Shown: positions 16,569-20,000 of the stretch, in pieces
Position numbering within the stretch: position 1 is the stretch's first letter
How the letters are laid out: each line of letters opens with the position of its first letter
IMG/VR virus record: IMGVR_UViG_3300020036_006490
DNA: 20,000 nucleotides
Origin: an uncultured virus (IMG/VR IMGVR_UViG_3300020036_006490)
Lineage: Duplodnaviria > Heunggongvirae > Uroviricota > Caudoviricetes > Crassvirales
Direction: 5' to 3' (one strand)
The notes under the pieces: generated by a model
Databases searched by the model: none
What the model saw: the letters and a program-made list of their open reading frames with translations, nothing else
Told to the model about the DNA's origin: nothing
Translations under genes and position numbers: made by a program

Positions 16569-16868
16569 TTAAATAATATTGTTATCTTCGAGCTTATCCA
16601 AATATTCATATTTGGCATAAAGATCGCCAATCACAGACGCTCGAATCTGTGCAGCGGTTTTTGTGTTATTTGTATTATCTAAACTATCATACATCTCATC
16701 ATAATCTTTAAAGATTCTCAGAGTAATTTTATGGACATTATCTAAGGTCCACCGTTCTATTTCGGCAGGACTGTAATTATCCCTAATAGTTTTAATAATT
16801 ACATTAGCAGGTACGCTAGATACAGCGCAATCTACCAGTAATTTACTTATTGGCAACAGTGTAGCCAT
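16569..16868 (-). CDS. Hypothetical protein
   Basis: 99-aa co-directional ORF. Confidence 0.7.
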   Translation of the reverse strand: MATLLPISKLLVDCAVSSVPANVIIKTIRDNYSPAEIERWTLDNVHKITLRIFKDYDEMYDSLDNTNNTKTAAQIRASVIGDLYAKYEYLDKLEDNNII

Positions 16869-17160
16869 GACTCGGGCATTTATCTCCTAAAGCTTTAACT
16901 TTACGCTTACAAGGAGTTCCTTTTTTGGTTAATGCTCCACATGTAATAGCTGGAGTTTCTGTACCATCAGTACCGGTTGTTTTGTTACAGCATTTAGCAG
17001 GAGTATATCCTGTCAGGTCACTGATTACCTTTGCTGGATTAAAATACCTACAAGTAGATTGATGGTATTTTTTAGATGAGGTGGATCCAGACACCTGTGC
17101 ATGTGCTCCTATGGACCATAAGAGTAGTGTCATTACAATAATAAAAATAGATGGTTTCAT
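16843..17160 (-). CDS. Small secreted Cys/His-rich protein (Ada-like KKYHxxxC module plus DUF5763-like CxAxTKKGxxCKR module)
   Basis: Sec signal ending AHA|Q. Motifs STSSKKYHQSTCRY...PAKCC and CGALTKKGTPCKRKV...CPSH. Confidence 0.7.
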   Translation of the reverse strand: MKPSIFIIVMTLLLWSIGAHAQVSGSTSSKKYHQSTCRYFNPAKVISDLTGYTPAKCCNKTTGTDGTETPAITCGALTKKGTPCKRKVKALGDKCPSHGYTVANK

Positions 17161-17197
17161 ATATATGAATTTTGGTTAAAAAAAATTATTTACAGGT

Positions 17198-17231
17198 AAA
17201 AAAAACGTGGCATATTCTAGTACTATGCCAC
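17198..17231 (-). terminator. Rho-independent terminator (possible attenuator)
   Basis: GTGGCATA 17207-14/TATGCCAC 17224-31, followed on the minus strand by G and eight U. Confidence 0.7.
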
Positions 17232-17308
17232 TGTAAATTTCCCTATTAACGACGTACAGATTTAATCAAAGGTGAGATAGGAGACTAGAACATCCTATAT
17301 ATTTTAAA

Positions 17309-17401
17309 AACCCTGGCTTGTGCGGCTAACCAACCAAAATAGAATCAGAGTGACTATGAATGAAAATTCAAGAGAGTTGCACAATTGGTAATGCCAGGGT
17401 T
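17309..17401 (+). ncRNA. Candidate structured RNA (element D)
   Basis: AACCCTGGC/GCCAGGGTT closing stem. TTGTGCGGCT 17318-27/AGTTGCACAA 17375-84 with two G-U pairs on plus. TGAAT-GAAA-ATTCA GNRA hairpin. Possible ACCAA/TTGGT pseudoknot. Confidence 0.5.
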
Positions 17402-17459
17402 GATCATTATTCTTCTTTTGGTTTTTTATAAACCTTTACAATGTATATTACAACAACTG

Positions 17460-17873
17460 TTATTGCTGTATAGTTCCTGGTAACGCAAACCAAGGAATTT
17501 CGATCTCTTCATAACAGGATTTATCCTGATTAAATAATTCATGCTCATTAGGCAATATTACAAAACTTGCTTTTGCTACAGGCTCTTCCTGGTTATCCTT
17601 AAAAAATAATACTACAGAAACTTTGCTATTTTTTGAAATAATTGTAAATGTACTAGTACGAGATCCAATTTGCGTTCCTTTTATGCAAGTTTTGTCGTAA
17701 GTTTTGTCAAAAAAGATAGGATATTCTACGTAATATATAGACCCTTTACAAAAATCTTTTTTGGTCAAGTTCATAGTATACTTTTCTTCATCAGTATACC
17801 CATATTTTACAGGTTGGTTTTCAATCGGCATTTCTTCTCTTTCTGCGATTATTTTTTTCTTAAATATAGACAT
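17460..17873 (-). CDS. Hypothetical protein, possible dispersed member of the SH3/KOW-like family
   Basis: KGSIYYV...KVSVVLF...VAKASF...EIEIPWFAL echoes the motif order of the 6809-8673 array. Confidence 0.7.
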   Translation of the reverse strand: MSIFKKKIIAEREEMPIENQPVKYGYTDEEKYTMNLTKKDFCKGSIYYVEYPIFFDKTYDKTCIKGTQIGSRTSTFTIISKNSKVSVVLFFKDNQEEPVAKASFVILPNEHELFNQDKSCYEEIEIPWFALPGTIQQ

Positions 17874-17911
17874 AGTAATTTCTTTTTTATCAATTATTAA
17901 ATCGATTAAAA

Positions 17912-17982
17912 CCTAGATAGGAGCAAGCTGGATAGGAAAACAAATTGGATATATAAATCGGCTCGCCTGCCCCTTATCTAGG
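17912..17982. other. Long interrupted stem-loop (element E)
   Basis: CCTAGATAGG 17912-21/CTTATCTAGG 17973-82, with inner GCAAGCTG/CGGCTCGC pairing. Confidence 0.45.
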
Positions 17983-18002
17983 AAAATCATGACAATTATC
18001 TT

Positions 18003-18182
18003 CTATCTTCTGTGTAACTTATTTTTTATATAGTTTCGCAACAATGCTGTAAACAGCATTAATGTAATTAATGGGTGTACTATTACAAATAGTATGACGT
18101 TAAATTCCTTGTAGGTTAAACCTAACATAGGAGAAACATCCTCCATTATCTTTACGCAGATATCAAATATTCTATCCATCAT
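18003..18182 (-). CDS. Small membrane protein, 59 aa (not in ORF track)
   Basis: ATGA overlap with the upstream stop. MMDRIFDICVKIMEDVSPMLGLTYKEFNVILFVIVHPLITLMLFTALLRNYIKNKLHRR has one TM segment and a basic tail. Confidence 0.75.
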   Translation of the reverse strand: MMDRIFDICVKIMEDVSPMLGLTYKEFNVILFVIVHPLITLMLFTALLRNYIKNKLHRR

Positions 18183-19018
18183 CTCATATCTTTTTGAAGT
18201 GCCATAAAAATAGAATGCTCTACAAAATTTATAGAGATCGAAATTAGATCACCTTTTAGATTTTCTACAAAATATGTAACAACCTTATCTGGATTATCTT
18301 CATTATCTACGAAACCAGTAGAATAAATATCACCTTGCAAGTATTTTAAAAACTTATTTATTTCTTTGTTATTATTGAAAGTTTGGCAATAATATACTAC
18401 TACACCATCTTCAACATACATTGCTAATAATGTTTCAGGATATTTCCAATATCTCCATCTCTTACCATAATCATCATTATAGTATCTAGGGATACCAAAT
18501 CCTGAATTTGAATCTTCTGCCCAATGTGTGGCATATGGAAATCCTACAACAACTGTAGCAATATTGTCCAACAATTCCATTGTAACACTAGATCTTATTC
18601 CAATTGGAGTAAGAATATGATCTCTTCCTACTTGAGCCTCACTGACTCGAGTGATTAGCATAATGGCTATAACAATTAACCACACCTTATATTTTAAAGG
18701 CTCATTGTTTAGTTGTTCTAGCTTACGCTTTTTTTCTAATTTCTTTTCATATTCCCCATCAGGTTGACAGAGCAAATACGCTCTATAGGCTCTAAAGCCT
18801 ATTAAAGGTACCAGGAGAAAGAAAAAGATAGTAATATCACCACCGGCTGCATAAATCATACAACCTATCCAGGCTGTCATAATTATAAGCATTCCAATGA
18901 ATGATTTGTAATGTTTGTATACTATCATAACTATGATAGATACAATTAGTGCAATAAAAATTATTAGTGACACATTTGCACAATATATGTTTACTAGGTT
19001 AATAAAAGACTGTTTCAT
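18179..19018 (-). CDS. Multi-pass membrane protein with C-terminal soluble domain
   Basis: Three N-terminal TM segments, a charged loop, a fourth signal-like segment (VWLIVIAIMLITRVSEA|Q) and a globular domain. Confidence 0.8.
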   Translation of the reverse strand: MKQSFINLVNIYCANVSLIIFIALIVSIIVMIVYKHYKSFIGMLIIMTAWIGCMIYAAGGDITIFFFLLVPLIGFRAYRAYLLCQPDGEYEKKLEKKRKLEQLNNEPLKYKVWLIVIAIMLITRVSEAQVGRDHILTPIGIRSSVTMELLDNIATVVVGFPYATHWAEDSNSGFGIPRYYNDDYGKRWRYWKYPETLLAMYVEDGVVVYYCQTFNNNKEINKFLKYLQGDIYSTGFVDNEDNPDKVVTYFVENLKGDLISISINFVEHSIFMALQKDMR

Positions 19019-19146
19019 AATTTGTATTTTTTAAAATTGTTAATTAATAGATTTAACATGTTTTTATCTGGGATAAATAAGGCGCCGAGTATAGCTATAA
19101 TCATTAATGCTGTGAAATTAGCTAATTCTATTATTCGCTTTCTCAT
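19015..19146 (-). CDS. Small membrane peptide, 43 aa (not in ORF track)
   Basis: MRKRIIELANFTALMIIAILGALFIPDKNMLNLLINNFKKYKL, with ATGA overlaps at both ends. Confidence 0.7.
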   Translation of the reverse strand: MRKRIIELANFTALMIIAILGALFIPDKNMLNLLINNFKKYKL

Positions 19147-19355
19147 GGTAGCGGTTTTATATGTTTAACATAATACTCTCTTAATGAGATTATAACCAAC
19201 CACCAATGTATGTATAGGAAATAAATGAATGCCCAAACATCATCCTGAATACATTGTAAATAGGTAGCCCCAAATATAAGACCAACTGTGCTAAATAGTA
19301 AATAATATCCTACGGTAAGCACAAAGTACAGTAGGATGAAAATAATAACTTTCAT
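19143..19355 (-). CDS. Small two-TM membrane protein
   Basis: 70 aa, highly hydrophobic, ATGA overlap with the upstream gene. Confidence 0.75.
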   Translation of the reverse strand: MKVIIFILLYFVLTVGYYLLFSTVGLIFGATYLQCIQDDVWAFIYFLYIHWWLVIISLREYYVKHIKPLP

Positions 19356-19702
19356 GATAGTATTTTTTGACTTTCAGTGAACAATGCATAGATATGTGGA
19401 TCATCACCAGACTTGACAGGGTTTAGATAATTATTTATAGAATCTACAAGTCCTCTAGGATAACTTATAGTTCCAAACTTAAGTATCATTATTACACTTG
19501 TCTTACCAATAAACAGTTCGATATCTTTATCACTATGAGTGAAATCTATTTCCCCTTTCAACTTATGAATAAATTCGCCCCAATCAGTAGGGTATTCTGA
19601 ATCAACTTCAACTAAATTTATTAGTTTGTGGTATTCAACAGCTGTTTTGACATGGATAGTCACCACTAGGTTTTGTGATAATATCCGATAACTAATTTCC
19701 AT
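19352..19702 (-). CDS. Hypothetical protein
   Basis: 116-aa ORF with A-rich leader. Confidence 0.75.
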   Translation of the reverse strand: MEISYRILSQNLVVTIHVKTAVEYHKLINLVEVDSEYPTDWGEFIHKLKGEIDFTHSDKDIELFIGKTSVIMILKFGTISYPRGLVDSINNYLNPVKSGDDPHIYALFTESQKILS

Positions 19703-19759
19703 TTGTAATTATTTTAAAAGGTTGATTAATAATTTAAAAATTTAATCCCTCGCAAATTA

Positions 19760-19998
19760 AACCGTACTACCGCTAACATTGGTTTGGTCTTACGTGGCTG
19801 AAAATACTTTACGCATAAGCCACGCAATACCAAGCCTTTTTCCATTAGCGGTAAGTTTAGTGAAACCTACGATAGTCAGAATGTTGCTTATCCATTTCTT
19901 CGGACTGTTAATGGCACTAAATACTTTATCCCTGCAAACGATGCAATGAGCGACAAGCTCGATGACGGCTTAGAACTGACCAATGGTTCTGTACGATT
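19760..19998. ncRNA. Candidate large multi-branch RNA (element F), may extend beyond the window
   Basis: Closing AACCGTAC 19760-67/GTACGATT 19991-98. Arm 1: TACCGCTAA/TTAGCGGTA, GGTTTGGT/ACCAAGCC, CGTGGCT/AGCCACG. Arm 2: TTTAGTG/CACTAAA, GATAGTC/GACTGTT. Small hairpins TGCA/TGCA, GAGC/GCTC, AGAAC/GTTCT. Confidence 0.55.
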
Positions 19999-20000
19999 CA

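Noticed and set aside
1224..17900. Plus-strand ORFs in the track (1224-1553, 2973-3176, 9154-9366, 10161-10361, 10916-11146, 11883-12209, 17670-17900)
   Set aside because: All lie largely antisense to convincing minus-strand genes and have the Phe/Ser/Ile-rich composition of shadow frames.
19802..20000. Stop-free plus-strand frame including GCA AAC GAT (tmRNA tag-like AND)
   Set aside because: Preceded by TGA with no ATG until 19946, the tag does not end in an ALAA-like stop, and no tmRNA ends are seen. A gene starting at 19946 cannot be excluded without downstream sequence.
1..20000. CRISPR array, IS/transposase, integrase, intron or reverse transcriptase
   Set aside because: No regularly spaced direct repeats and no DDE, recombinase, RT or intron core motifs were seen.

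Overview
AT-rich window (roughly 30% GC by eye) with about 35 tightly packed genes, essentially all on the minus strand. Start codons lack Shine-Dalgarno motifs and often have A at -3 after an A-rich leader, so this looks like an accessory region of a large phage, probably with a Bacteroidota host (inference). No virion, replication, tRNA, CRISPR or IS genes were recognised. Recognisable products are a gamma-glutamylcyclotransferase, two tandem glutamine-synthetase-fold amidoligases, a class I glutamine amidotransferase (C26/PuuD-like), a membrane-anchored M15 metallopeptidase, a LysM lipoprotein, a GH73 glucosaminidase, a membrane-anchored AAA ATPase, a DUF4230-like protein and a small secreted Cys/His-rich protein. 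Together these suggest a cell-envelope or peptide-modification module. Less expected are (i) a tandem array of four diverged paralogues with a shared SH3/KOW-like scaffold (6809-8673) and (ii) six GC-enriched, multi-stem intergenic elements, some with possible pseudoknots, that are candidate undescribed ncRNAs or mRNA processing sites. All family calls come from motif recognition by eye, not database searches.
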